Positions 10,476 to 19,823 of a stretch of 64,000 bases of DNA are shown here, one piece after another. Position numbers and translations under genes: made by a program. Positions within the stretch are counted from its first letter, which is position 1. The number at the start of each line of letters is the position of its first letter. The notes under the pieces were generated by a model. That model did no database searches and was not told the origin of the DNA. It saw only the letters and a program-made list of their open reading frames with translations. This DNA comes from an uncultured Candidatus Rokubacteria bacterium (GTDB lineage: Bacteria > Methylomirabilota > Methylomirabilia > Rokubacteriales > DASRDR01): positions 832,001 to 896,000 of the forward strand of contig CAWGVS010000005.1 in assembly GCA_963826115.1 (NCBI GenBank), in the 5' to 3' direction.

Positions 10476-12610
10476 CGCGCGCGAGCCGCCGCGCGGTCGA
10501 TCAGCGAGGCGACGGTCGAGCGGATCGTGTCGAGGCCGACGGGCTTCTCGACGATCGCGTCGATGCCATGGGCCTCGAGCGTCTCCTGCGCCACTCGCCC
10601 GGGCCAGCCCGTGATGAGGACCACGGGAGTCGCGGGATGGCTGCGTTTCACCGTCCGGGCCACCTCGAGCCCCGAGCCACCGGGAAGGACGAGGTCCGTG
10701 ACGACCAGGTCGATCGCCTCGCGTCCGAGCAGGGCCACCGCGTCGCCGACGCTGCCCGCGGTGTCCACGAGGTACCCCTCGCGGGCGAGGCTCTGCGCGA
10801 GCGTCTCCCGAACGGCCTCGTCGTCGTCCACCACCAGGACCCGGCGGCGGGCCGGGGGCCGGGGTCTCGCGGCGACCGGCGGCGTCCATGCGCCCGTGGC
10901 CGTTCCGAGGCGGAGACGGGCGGTGGTCCCGCGCCCCGGCGCCGTCTCGAGCTCGAGCTCGCCGCGGTGGCGCTCGGCCATCGCGCGCGCGACGGCCAGG
11001 CCCACGCCGAGGCGTCCCGGCCCCTTGGTCGTGAAGAATGGCTCGCCCGCGCGGGCGCGGGTCGCGTCGTCCATGCCGCGCCCGTGATCCGTCACCGACA
11101 CCTCGACGCGATTGCCGCCGTCCCACCGGAGCCTGACCGTCACGCCACCGTCGCCGTCCGTCGCCTCGCGCGCGTTCTGGAGGAGGTGGTGGAGGACCTG
11201 GCGGAACTCGTCGGGGTGCACGGCGACCGGCGGCACCGTCTCGAGGTCCAGCGCGATCGGCGGTCCCCCGCCCTGGCCGGCCCAGAGGCGCTCGGTCGCG
11301 CGCACCGACTCCCGCACGAGCGCCGCGAAGTCGATCGGCGCCGCGGGCGGCGCGCCGGACGCCGGCGTGAAGCCAAGCACGCCGCGGAGTGCCTCGGCCA
11401 CGCGCCAGGCGGCCTCCTCGGCCTGCGCCAGGTCTCGGGCCGCATCCTGGTCCGCCACACGGTCTCGGACCGCCGCCAGGCGGCCGAGGATGATCGCGAG
11501 AAGACTCGCCATGTCGCCGAGCGGCGCCGGCGCCGCCGGGGACAGCGCCGGAGGAGGCGAGCTCGCGGCGGTCCGGAGAGACTCCGCGTGGAGCCGCGCG
11601 TTCCTGAGCGCCAGAGCGGCGGCGCCCGCGAACGATGGTGGCAGGGAGGTGCCGCACGACTCCGGGCCGCCGACGACCAGGAGCGCCACCAGTCCGTCCC
11701 CCGAGACGAGGGGGAGGACCGCGCGCGGCATGGTTCCGAGCCAGCGCGCGAGCGCCGTGTCGCCACCGGTGGCGGCGGCCCGCCACGGTCGCCCCGACGA
11801 CGCCACGGACTCGAGCGTCATCACGTCGCGAGGCGCCGGGGCGTCGTGGGGCAATCCCGAGGCGCCCGCCAGCACGAAGCCGTCGCCGTTCGGGAGGAGC
11901 ACCGCCGCCACGTCGGCGCCAAGACGGACCGCCGCCTCCCGCGCCACGACCTCGCCCGTGCGCGACGGATCCAGGCTCTCGAAGAGCGTGGCCGGCGCGG
12001 GATCCTCGCGCGGGCTCGCGGGCGGCGGTCCGAGCGCGTCGGCCAGACGGTCGGCCACCAGGACCAGCGCGGCGACCACGTCGGGCTCCATCGGCACGGC
12101 GCGCCGACGGCCGGCCAGGAGCGCGCCGAGCGGCGCGCCCGCGCGGTCCGGGAGCGGCACGACCAGCGCCGCGCCGAGGCCTTCGGCGTCCATCACGGGA
12201 TCTGGCGCGCCGAGTCCCGGGCCTCCCTGCACCACCTCGCCCGAGCGGATCGCGCGCCCGACGATTCCCTCGTCCGCACCCGGTGCGAGCGGAAGCCGGA
12301 ACCCGCGTTGCGCCACGACCGTCAGTCCCGTCGAGCCGTCGGACCGGATGATCGCCGCGCAGTCGGCCCGCGCCTGCGTGAGAACGCGGTCGATGGCGAG
12401 CACGGAGGCCTCCGCGGGCGTGGTGCCCCTCCCGATCGCGAGGAGACTCCGGAGACCGGCGAGGTGGGCGCGGGTCGGCTCGTCGAGCAGCGCGCCGGGC
12501 GGCGCGTTCGCTGCCGCGACGCCGACGGCCTCCGCGAGCGCGTCGAGGCGGCGCGAGATACCGGCGAGAGCCTTGCGGATGTCGCCGAGCGACCCCTCGT
12601 CGCCGGTCAC
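10472..12610 (-). CDS. GAF-GAF-HisKA/HATPase-receiver hybrid sensor kinase-like protein with degenerate H-box
   Basis: GAF-like segments, NAREA N-box, DHGRG, PFFTTK, and receiver VDDD...DLVLP...KP. GTG 12610 lies 7 nt after TATACT. Confidence 0.85.
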   Translation of the reverse strand: MTGDEGSLGDIRKALAGISRRLDALAEAVGVAAANAPPGALLDEPTRAHLAGLRSLLAIGRGTTPAEASVLAIDRVLTQARADCAAIIRSDGSTGLTVVAQRGFRLPLAPGADEGIVGRAIRSGEVVQGGPGLGAPDPVMDAEGLGAALVVPLPDRAGAPLGALLAGRRRAVPMEPDVVAALVLVADRLADALGPPPASPREDPAPATLFESLDPSRTGEVVAREAAVRLGADVAAVLLPNGDGFVLAGASGLPHDAPAPRDVMTLESVASSGRPWRAAATGGDTALARWLGTMPRAVLPLVSGDGLVALLVVGGPESCGTSLPPSFAGAAALALRNARLHAESLRTAASSPPPALSPAAPAPLGDMASLLAIILGRLAAVRDRVADQDAARDLAQAEEAAWRVAEALRGVLGFTPASGAPPAAPIDFAALVRESVRATERLWAGQGGGPPIALDLETVPPVAVHPDEFRQVLHHLLQNAREATDGDGGVTVRLRWDGGNRVEVSVTDHGRGMDDATRARAGEPFFTTKGPGRLGVGLAVARAMAERHRGELELETAPGRGTTARLRLGTATGAWTPPVAARPRPPARRRVLVVDDDEAVRETLAQSLAREGYLVDTAGSVGDAVALLGREAIDLVVTDLVLPGGSGLEVARTVKRSHPATPVVLITGWPGRVAQETLEAHGIDAIVEKPVGLDTIRSTVASLIDRAAARAR

Positions 12611-12685
12611 GGTCGGGAGTATAGGAACGGGCCGGAGCGGGGTCAACGGGCACCGGCGGCGGGGATCCGGGAAGGGCGCCGGCCG

Positions 12686-12742
12686 AAAAGCCGCGGCGCC
12701 GCCCCGGCCTAGCGAGAGGCCGGCCGGAGCGGCGCCGCGAGC
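12686..12742 (-). terminator. Intrinsic terminator after the cytochrome c gene
   Basis: Long GC stem (cgcggcgccgc...gcggcgccgcg) followed by TTTT on the minus strand. Confidence 0.55.
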
Positions 12743-12755
12743 GGAAGAAGCGGAG

Positions 12756-13163
12756 CTACTTCTTCAGGGTCCGGATGTAGTGGATCAGCTGACCCCGCTC
12801 GGTCTCGGAGAGAGCCGCCCAGGGGGGCATCGCCCCGCGGCCCGTCGTGATCTTCCAGAGGAGGCAGCCGTCGGTCTGCTGCTGCACCTTCGCCGAGGTC
12901 CAGTCCGCCGGCTTCGGGTTGAGCGCGGCCGCGCCGGGCCCGTCCCCCTTGCCCCCATCGCCGTGGCAAGCGGTGCACGCCTTGTCGGCGGTCAGCTTCT
13001 TGCCCGCCGCGACGGCGGCGTCGTTCTTGGCGACCGGGTTCTTCTTCCCGTTCTCGGCGGCGGGGCAGGTCCAGGCGCCCTGGGCCCAGGCCGGAGCGGT
13101 GGCGGAGGACAGGGCGAGGGCGGCGATCGTCACCGCCCCGACGAGAATGAGACGACGTGCCAT
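12756..13163 (-). CDS. Monoheme c-type cytochrome
   Basis: Signal peptide, CTACH, GDGP, P.PADW and distal AMPPW Met. GAGG RBS. Confidence 0.92.
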   Translation of the reverse strand: MARRLILVGAVTIAALALSSATAPAWAQGAWTCPAAENGKKNPVAKNDAAVAAGKKLTADKACTACHGDGGKGDGPGAAALNPKPADWTSAKVQQQTDGCLLWKITTGRGAMPPWAALSETERGQLIHYIRTLKK

Positions 13164-13248
13164 TGGAGCCTCCTCTTTCAGGCCGGATCGGGGGAGGTGA
13201 CGGAATTCACAAGCACGGATTCTGTGTAACACCGAAGGCGATCGGGGG

Positions 13249-14835
13249 TCAAGCGCGGCCGTCCCTGACATCCGTCGCGCCCTCCTCGGCCGGGCCCGTC
13301 CAGGGGGCGAGGAGCACCAGCATCCCGGCCAGGAGTCCGTAGCCACCGGCCAGGAGACCCGGCCACGCCGACCCGCTGCCACCGGGCCAGAAGAGCCCCC
13401 CGGACTCGAGCGGCGAGTGGACCAGTCCGACGAGGCTCCCGAGGCTTGCCGCCGCCAAGAACGCGGCCGCGCCCAGGAGGCGCCGGTCGATGATCAGCGC
13501 GCTCGCCGCCCCCCAGAGGAGCGCGGACAGGATGAAGCCGTTGCCCAGGAGGCGCAGGGCCTGAACGGACTGGGCCGCCTCGCCCCGGATCGCCCCGGGG
13601 CCGAGCCCGAGCCCGCCGAGGATCGCGCCGAGCTCGATCGTGACGAGTGCCGCCGTCGTCGGCACGAACGCGAGCGCGACCGCGGGCGCGTGGCGCTCGG
13701 GCGTCGCCCGGAAGGCCTGCGCGGTGATCTCGAGGCCGACGAAGACGAGGATGGGGGCGACCGCGGCCTCCGGTACCAGGCCCACGAGGAACGAGACGAC
13801 GCCCACCATCGCCCCGAGGCCGATCACGAGCCCCGTCGCGAGCGTGTACCCGGCCCGCGCGCCCATCGCCTTGTACGCCGGGTGGCCGACGTACGGGGTG
13901 TTCTGGACCACGCCGCCCGCCATGCCGGCGATGATCGTGGCGATGCCCTCGGTCAGGAGGACGTCGCGGGTGCGGTAGTGGTCCCCGGCGGCGATCGCGC
14001 TCTCGGTGTTGTCGATCCCGCCGACCACGGTGGCCAGCGCGAACGGCATCGCCACGGAGAGCGCGCCCCATGTCTCGTCGAGCGCGTCCATCCATGCGAG
14101 CGTGGGCCACGGGAACGCGAGCCGCCACTCCATCGGCGTCGCCAGCGCGTGGCTGCCCGGAGCGATGCCCGCCCAGCGTTCCACGGCGTAGACGAGGCTC
14201 CCGACCACCACCGCGGCGAGGGCGCCGGGGATCCGGCCCGGTAGGGCCGTCCGCCCCACGAGCGCGACGAGGATGAGTCCGAGCGACAGGAAGCCCACGA
14301 GCGGGTCCGTGATGACCTTCAGCATCGGCAGGAACGCGATCAGCAGCACCGCCACGCCCGCGATCGAGCCGAGGAGCCCGGCGCGCGGCACGATCCGCCG
14401 GACGGGCTCGCCGGCGAACGCGAGCGCGAGCTTCGCGACGCCCATGGCCACGGTGACGCCCATCCCGACCTTCCAGGCGAGCACCGGGTCGCGCGTGGCG
14501 AGCATCGTGGGGCCGAGGACGCCGAACGTGATGCCGAAGAGCGACGGCGTGTCGATCCCGAAGGGCATCGCGGTGACGTCCGCCCGCCCCGTCTCGCGGG
14601 TCAGCCGCCGGGCGAGCCACGTGTACCAGAGGTCGCCCACCAGGACGCCGAGCGCCGTGCCGGGGATGATCCGCTGGAACACGAGATCCGCGGGGAAGCC
14701 GAAGACGCCGACGAGCAGGCCGGCGAGGACGACGAGGTTCGTGAGGTTGTCGACGGCGAGCCCGAAGAACGCGTTGACGTCCCCGGCGGCGTACCAGCGG
14801 CCGGCGACGTCGGCGCGCCCGCCGGGGCTGGTCAC
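13249..14835 (-). CDS. NCS2-like (xanthine/uracil) permease
   Basis: GDVNAFFGL, TAMPFGIDTPS, ESA.AAGD.Y and YVGHPAYKAMGAR motifs; about 14 hydrophobic segments. Confidence 0.8.
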   Translation of the reverse strand: MTSPGGRADVAGRWYAAGDVNAFFGLAVDNLTNLVVLAGLLVGVFGFPADLVFQRIIPGTALGVLVGDLWYTWLARRLTRETGRADVTAMPFGIDTPSLFGITFGVLGPTMLATRDPVLAWKVGMGVTVAMGVAKLALAFAGEPVRRIVPRAGLLGSIAGVAVLLIAFLPMLKVITDPLVGFLSLGLILVALVGRTALPGRIPGALAAVVVGSLVYAVERWAGIAPGSHALATPMEWRLAFPWPTLAWMDALDETWGALSVAMPFALATVVGGIDNTESAIAAGDHYRTRDVLLTEGIATIIAGMAGGVVQNTPYVGHPAYKAMGARAGYTLATGLVIGLGAMVGVVSFLVGLVPEAAVAPILVFVGLEITAQAFRATPERHAPAVALAFVPTTAALVTIELGAILGGLGLGPGAIRGEAAQSVQALRLLGNGFILSALLWGAASALIIDRRLLGAAAFLAAASLGSLVGLVHSPLESGGLFWPGGSGSAWPGLLAGGYGLLAGMLVLLAPWTGPAEEGATDVRDGRA

Positions 14836-14876
14836 CGGCCGGCCGCCGTCCGCGCGGTCACCGACCCCGCGGGCCG

Positions 14877-15191
14877 TCAGCTCGCCGAGCGAGCGGTGCC
14901 GAGGAGCTCTCGGGCGGCGGTCCGGACGCGCTCGCCGAGCGCCGTGCACCAGGCGAAGCGCGGCCGGCCGGTCGCGACGTCCTGGAAGTCGAGCTCCATC
15001 GGCGGCGACGCGGCCGCCGGGAGGACGCGCTCCCCCAGCTCGAGGCGGATGCCGTAGGAGCGGTTCTCGCGGGGCCCGTCGGCCTCGAGCTGCACCTCGA
15101 CGCGGGGGTCCTCGCGCTTCGCGTGAGAGCGGACGAACGACTCGAGCCAGCGTCCCGTCTCGTGGTAGTCGGCGGGGATCCGGGGATTCAT
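14877..15191 (-). CDS. Hypothetical protein (about 104 aa)
   Basis: Globular-looking sequence (YHETGRWLESFVRSHAKRE...), GC3-rich codons, fills the gap between nrdJ and the permease. Confidence 0.7.
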   Translation of the reverse strand: MNPRIPADYHETGRWLESFVRSHAKREDPRVEVQLEADGPRENRSYGIRLELGERVLPAAASPPMELDFQDVATGRPRFAWCTALGERVRTAARELLGTARSAS

Positions 15192-15274
15192 GCGTGATGG
15201 CACGGCCGGCCGCCCCGTCCCCGGGAATCCCGAGGCGCGAGGCGGCCGGCCGCTCGGATGCTCAGGCTACGCGT

Positions 15275-17557
15275 TCAGCACTCGTTGAAGCCGCACCCGT
15301 AGCACTTCTTGCAGCCTTCCTCGTAGACGAAGGTCGCCTGCCCGCACTCCGGGCAGATGTCCCCCGCGACGAGCTTGGCCGCCGGCGCCGCCGGGGCCGC
15401 GGGCTCCTCGACCTTGGTCTGGCCCAGGTGCTCGGCGATCACCCGCGCGATGCCGTCGGGCAAGGACAGCACCCGCTGCGGGCCGAACCCGAGCGGGCGG
15501 CCGCCGCCGATGCCGGTGAGCTGCGTGACGATCTCCTCGAGACGCCGCTTGGTGGTCAGGGGCGACGGCATCCGGAGGGTCAGGGAGATGAGCCGCCCCA
15601 TCGCCTCGGCGACCGCCATCGTGTCGGAGCCGGCCTTCCCCACCGAGACGAAGACCTCGAAGGGGTCGCCGTCCCCGTGCTCGTTGACGACGACGTAGGC
15701 CGTGCCGAGCGGCGTCTCGACCCGGTACGTCCGGCCCGTGAGGCTCCGCGGCCGCGGCTTGACCACGGCCGGTGGCGGCGCGGAGGCCGCCTCGCGCTTG
15801 TCCGCCTTGCCCGCCTTCGTCCCGACGCTGAGAACGCCCTCCTTGCAGCCGTCGCGGAACACCGTGATGCCGAGGCATCCCAGCTCCCAGGCGAGGAGAT
15901 ATGCCCGTGCGACATCGTCGACCGTCGCCGTGTTGGGCAAGTTGATCGTCTTGGAGACGCCGTTGTCCGTCGACTTCTGGAAGGCGCCCTGGTGCCGGAC
16001 GTGCCACTCGAAGGGCACCTCGTGCGCCGTCACGAAGACGCGCTGGGCGTCCTCGGGCACGCCGGCCAGCCCGTGAACGACGCCGCGCTTGGCCACCTCT
16101 TCCATGAGCGCGTCGGAGTAGAAGCCGCGCTCGCGGGCCACCTCGGCGAACATCGGGTTGGTGAACGGCAGCACCCGGTCGCCCACCTTGTGGGTGAAGG
16201 CCACCGCGAAGGCCGGCTCGACCCCGGAGGAGCACCCCGCGATCATCGAGATCGTCCCGGTGGGGGCGATGGTCGTGACCGTCGAGTTCCGGAGCGGCCG
16301 CCCGTGCTTGTAGATGGACCGGGACCAGTTGGGGAACGGCCCGCGCTCCTCGGCGAGCTTCGCCGACTGATCGTGCGCCTTCTCGTTGATGAAGGCCATC
16401 AGCCGGTCCCCGAGGTCGAGCGCCGGCTGGCTGTCGTACGCGATCCCCATCCGGAACAGGAGGTCGGCCCAGCCCATGACCCCGAGTCCGATCCGGCGGT
16501 TCGCCTTCACGGTCTCATCGATCTCCGGGAGGGGGTACGGGTTGACCTCGATGACGTCGTCCAGGAATCGGACCGACAGGCGCACGACGCGCTCGAGCTC
16601 GGTCCAGTCGACCGCCCACTCCCCGTCCGCCTGCCGGCGGGCGAACATGGCGACGTTGATCGACCCGAGGTTGCACGCCTCGTTCGGGAGGAGCGGCTGC
16701 TCCCCGCACGGGTTCGTGGCCTCGATCATCCCGATCTCGGGTGTCGGGTTCGCCGGGCTTGCGTTGATCCGGTCCAGGAAGACCATGCCGGGATCGCCGG
16801 TCTGCCAGGCAGCGCGCACGATCCGGTCGAACACGTCGCGGGCGGGCAGACGGCTCACCACCTCGCCGTTGTGCGGGGCGATCAGCTCGTACTCCTCGCC
16901 CTTCTGGATGGCGTCCATGAACCGGTCGGTCGCGGCGACCGAGATGTTGAAGTTCACGATGCCGCCGTCGAGCTTGCACTCGATGAACTCGAGGATGTCG
17001 GGGTGATCGATCCGGAGGATGCCCATGTTGGCGCCCCGCCGGGTGCCGCCCTGCTTCACCGCCTCGGTCGCGCCGTTGAAGACCCGGAGGAAGGACACCG
17101 GGCCCGAGGCCTTGCCGCCCGTCGAGGTGACGACGGCGTCCTTCTGGCGGAGGCGCGAGAAGGCGAAGCCGGTCCCGCCGCCCGACTTGTGGATGATGGC
17201 GGCCGACTTCACCGCGTCGAAGATCTCCTCCATGGAGTCCCCGACCGGGAGGACGTAGCAGGCCGAGTACTGGAGCTGGTTCCCCTTCCCCGCGTTCATG
17301 AGGGTCGGGGAGTTCGGCAGGAACTTGCTGTCGACCATCATGTCGTAGAAGGCGCAGGCGATCTCGTGAACGACCGCCGGGCTCTTGCCCCAGCGCTCCT
17401 CCCCCTGGGCGATGGCCCCCGCCACCCGCCAGCACATCTCCTCGGGAGTCTCCTGGACGCGGTCCCCCTCGCGTGTGAGATAGCGCTCCCTCAGGACTCG
17501 GAGCGCCTGCTCCGTCCACTTGCCGACTCGGGGGGGACGCGTCGCTGTGATCGCCAT
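15275..17557 (-). CDS. nrdJ: Class II (adenosylcobalamin-dependent) ribonucleotide reductase with C-terminal TSCPD and Zn-ribbon domains
   Basis: PNSPT, SACYV, GGGTG, TNPCGEQ, ACNLGSIN, TIAPTGT, SKTIN and CPECG..EGCKKCYGCGFNEC motifs. AAGGAGG RBS. Confidence 0.95.
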   Translation of the reverse strand: MAITATRPPRVGKWTEQALRVLRERYLTREGDRVQETPEEMCWRVAGAIAQGEERWGKSPAVVHEIACAFYDMMVDSKFLPNSPTLMNAGKGNQLQYSACYVLPVGDSMEEIFDAVKSAAIIHKSGGGTGFAFSRLRQKDAVVTSTGGKASGPVSFLRVFNGATEAVKQGGTRRGANMGILRIDHPDILEFIECKLDGGIVNFNISVAATDRFMDAIQKGEEYELIAPHNGEVVSRLPARDVFDRIVRAAWQTGDPGMVFLDRINASPANPTPEIGMIEATNPCGEQPLLPNEACNLGSINVAMFARRQADGEWAVDWTELERVVRLSVRFLDDVIEVNPYPLPEIDETVKANRRIGLGVMGWADLLFRMGIAYDSQPALDLGDRLMAFINEKAHDQSAKLAEERGPFPNWSRSIYKHGRPLRNSTVTTIAPTGTISMIAGCSSGVEPAFAVAFTHKVGDRVLPFTNPMFAEVARERGFYSDALMEEVAKRGVVHGLAGVPEDAQRVFVTAHEVPFEWHVRHQGAFQKSTDNGVSKTINLPNTATVDDVARAYLLAWELGCLGITVFRDGCKEGVLSVGTKAGKADKREAASAPPPAVVKPRPRSLTGRTYRVETPLGTAYVVVNEHGDGDPFEVFVSVGKAGSDTMAVAEAMGRLISLTLRMPSPLTTKRRLEEIVTQLTGIGGGRPLGFGPQRVLSLPDGIARVIAEHLGQTKVEEPAAPAAPAAKLVAGDICPECGQATFVYEEGCKKCYGCGFNEC

Positions 17558-17641
17558 GCCCAAACCTCCTTGACTCCTGTCTCTGACTCGCTCGCCACAT
17601 CCGAACGGCCACCTGGCACCTGATCACGATGACCTAGGTGC

Positions 17642-17689
17642 ATACCGTATCTTGTGGGCGGGCGAATCCTGGCATACGAGATTTAGGGC
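17642..17689 (-). promoter_or_regulatory. Tandem NrdR boxes overlapping the nrdJ promoter
   Basis: Minus-strand gccctaaatctcgtat and ccacaagatacggtat resemble the consensus acaCwAtATaTwGtg and lie 32 bp apart. TTGACA at 17690-17695. Confidence 0.8.
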
Positions 17690-17787
17690 TGTCAACAAAA
17701 TTTCGGCCGACACATCGAGAAAAAGTTCACAAGGGGCGCCGGCATACGCGACTCCCGGCCGCGCGGGAGCGTCAATCCGTCGCGCGC

Positions 17788-17838
17788 TTGACACCCCACC
17801 GGTCCCGCGTCTAAAGTGCGGCGGACTGACCGGTCAGT
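17788..17838 (+). promoter_or_regulatory. Promoter and TetR operator of the efflux operon
   Basis: TTGACA-18 nt-TAAAGT, followed by the perfect 14-bp palindrome ACTGACCGGTCAGT (17825-17838). Confidence 0.78.
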
Positions 17839-17898
17839 TCCATCTTGCCGTGGACGGCCCCGCCGTCTCGGCCCGCACCAGGAGTGGCGATCCCAGCC

Positions 17899-18504
17899 AT
17901 GAGGACCTCCACAGAAACCCCGCGCCAGGCGGCGAAGCGTGGCCAGATCGTCGGCGCGGCGTCGCGGGTCTTTTCCGCGCGTCCGTATCACGTCGTTTGC
18001 ATGGACGACGTCGCGGAGGCGGCCCGCGTCGGCAAGGGTACCCTCTACCGCTACTTCCCCTCCAAGGAGGATCTCTACCTGGGCGTGGTAGCGGAGGCGT
18101 TCGACCTCCTGATCCGCCGGCTCGAGCGCGTCGAGGCCGAGGACCTTCCGGCAGCCATCGCGCTGTCGCGGATGATCGAGGCGATCGTCGAGACCTTCGC
18201 GCGCCACCTGCCCTTCTTCCGTCTCATGCAGCAGGGCGAGGCGCGCCTGTTCCTCCGCAAGAAGCAGGTCGTGCGGGCCCGTCGCGACCGCATCGCCGAC
18301 GGCCTGGCGCGGCTGCTCGATCGCGGCGCCCAGACGGGGGTCTTCCGCAAGGTCGACCGCGACCTCGCCCCCTCCATGCTGATCGGCCTGGTGTGGGGCA
18401 CCGTGCTGAACCACGCCGACGATACGCCGGCCGAGGTCCTGGCCCAGCGGGTGGCCGACCTCTGCCTCCACGGCATCCTGCAGTCAGCCACGGAGCCCGC
18501 CTGA
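17899..18504 (+). CDS. TetR/AcrR family transcriptional regulator
   Basis: HTH MDDVAEAARVGKGTLYRYFPSKEDL. AGGAG upstream. Confidence 0.95.
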   Translation: MRTSTETPRQAAKRGQIVGAASRVFSARPYHVVCMDDVAEAARVGKGTLYRYFPSKEDLYLGVVAEAFDLLIRRLERVEAEDLPAAIALSRMIEAIVETFARHLPFFRLMQQGEARLFLRKKQVVRARRDRIADGLARLLDRGAQTGVFRKVDRDLAPSMLIGLVWGTVLNHADDTPAEVLAQRVADLCLHGILQSATEPA

Positions 18505-19808
18505 TGGCCTTCGTCCGCCGCTACCGCGTCTCGCTGGTCCTGGTCGTGCTCTTCGGCATCGTCGCGGCCCTGGTCATCGGTCGCCTCCGCGACCAGCAGG
18601 CCCGGGCCGTGCCGCGCCAAAACCGGGAGATCCAGGTTGGCGTCATCAAGCCCGACCGGCGCGCGCTCGACGTGACCCTTTCCTTCACCGGGGACGTCCT
18701 GCCGAATCGCCAGACGCCCATCTTCGCGAAGACGTCGGGCTACATCCGGGCGATCCACGCGGAGCGCGGGCAGTTCGTGAAGGCCGGGGCCCTCCTCGTC
18801 GAGATCGAGCCGACCGAGATGGAGAATGCCCTCGATCAGTCCCGCGCCGCCCTGGCGAGCGCGCAGGCGACCTATCAGGTGTCGCGGTCGAACCTCGAGT
18901 CGGCCAAGGCCAATCTCCTGAACCAGCAGGCGCTCCTGGCCAAGGCCCAGGCGGTCCTCGCGAACGACAAGCGGCAGTCCGAGCGGATGACCGAGCTCTT
19001 CACCAAGGGCCTGGTTGCCGCCCAGGACCGTGACAACGCCCGCACGACGTACGAGGCGTCCCAGGCGGCGGTGAGCGCCCAGGAGGCCCAGGTCGAGGCC
19101 GCCCGCGTGCAGATCGCCACCACCGAGAGCCAGGTCCGTCTGGCCGAGGCGCAGATCGAGCAGCAGCGCTCCGCCCAGCGGATGGCGCAGATGCACCTCG
19201 ACGACACGCGCATCGTCGCCCCCTTCAGCGGGTACATCTCCCAGCGAAACCTCGAGGCGGGGGCCGCGGTGAGCAACCAGGCCGCGGCGACCAGCAACGC
19301 GTCGATCGGCATCCTGGTGCTCCAGGAGATCAATCCCGTGAAGGTGCAGCTCGAGGTGCCTGAGCGGGACGTGGCACGAGTCGGTGTCGGCAACGTCGTG
19401 CGCCTTACGAGTGATGCCTATCCAGGCCGGCAGTTCTCGGGGAAGGTCGCGCGCGTGGTCCATGCCCTGGACCCGCGCACCCGCACGATGGGCCTGGAGG
19501 TGGACATCCCCAACCCGGACGACCTTCTGAAGCCCGGCATGTACGCGCGGGTCGATCTGCTCCTCGAGGTCAGGAAGGACGCCCTGATGGTGCCGCTCGA
19601 GGCTCTCACCGGCGCCGAGGGCCGGCCCTCGGTGCTGATCGTCCGGGAGGGCAAGGTCGCCTCGGCGCCGGTGGAGCTCGGCCCGACGGACGGGCCGACG
19701 GTCCAGGTCACCAAGGGGCTCGGGCCGGACACCGACGTCATCCTGCAGGGCAAGGACCTCGTGCGCGACGGCATGGCCGTCCGCGCCGTTCCCGCGAAGT
19801 CCTACTGA
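18504..19808 (+). CDS. RND efflux periplasmic adaptor subunit
   Basis: N-terminal TM, lipoyl halves (SGYI..I...GQFVKAG, IVAPFSG), long alpha-hairpin and LKPGMYA. TGATG coupling to tetR. Confidence 0.93.
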   Translation: MAFVRRYRVSLVLVVLFGIVAALVIGRLRDQQARAVPRQNREIQVGVIKPDRRALDVTLSFTGDVLPNRQTPIFAKTSGYIRAIHAERGQFVKAGALLVEIEPTEMENALDQSRAALASAQATYQVSRSNLESAKANLLNQQALLAKAQAVLANDKRQSERMTELFTKGLVAAQDRDNARTTYEASQAAVSAQEAQVEAARVQIATTESQVRLAEAQIEQQRSAQRMAQMHLDDTRIVAPFSGYISQRNLEAGAAVSNQAAATSNASIGILVLQEINPVKVQLEVPERDVARVGVGNVVRLTSDAYPGRQFSGKVARVVHALDPRTRTMGLEVDIPNPDDLLKPGMYARVDLLLEVRKDALMVPLEALTGAEGRPSVLIVREGKVASAPVELGPTDGPTVQVTKGLGPDTDVILQGKDLVRDGMAVRAVPAKSY

Positions 19809-19823
19809 GGCGGCGTCCCGCTC

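Noticed and set aside
9501-12653. 1050-aa ORF suggesting a long Ppx
   Set aside because: Only the last 324 codons are Ppx. The rest overlaps the kinase out of frame.
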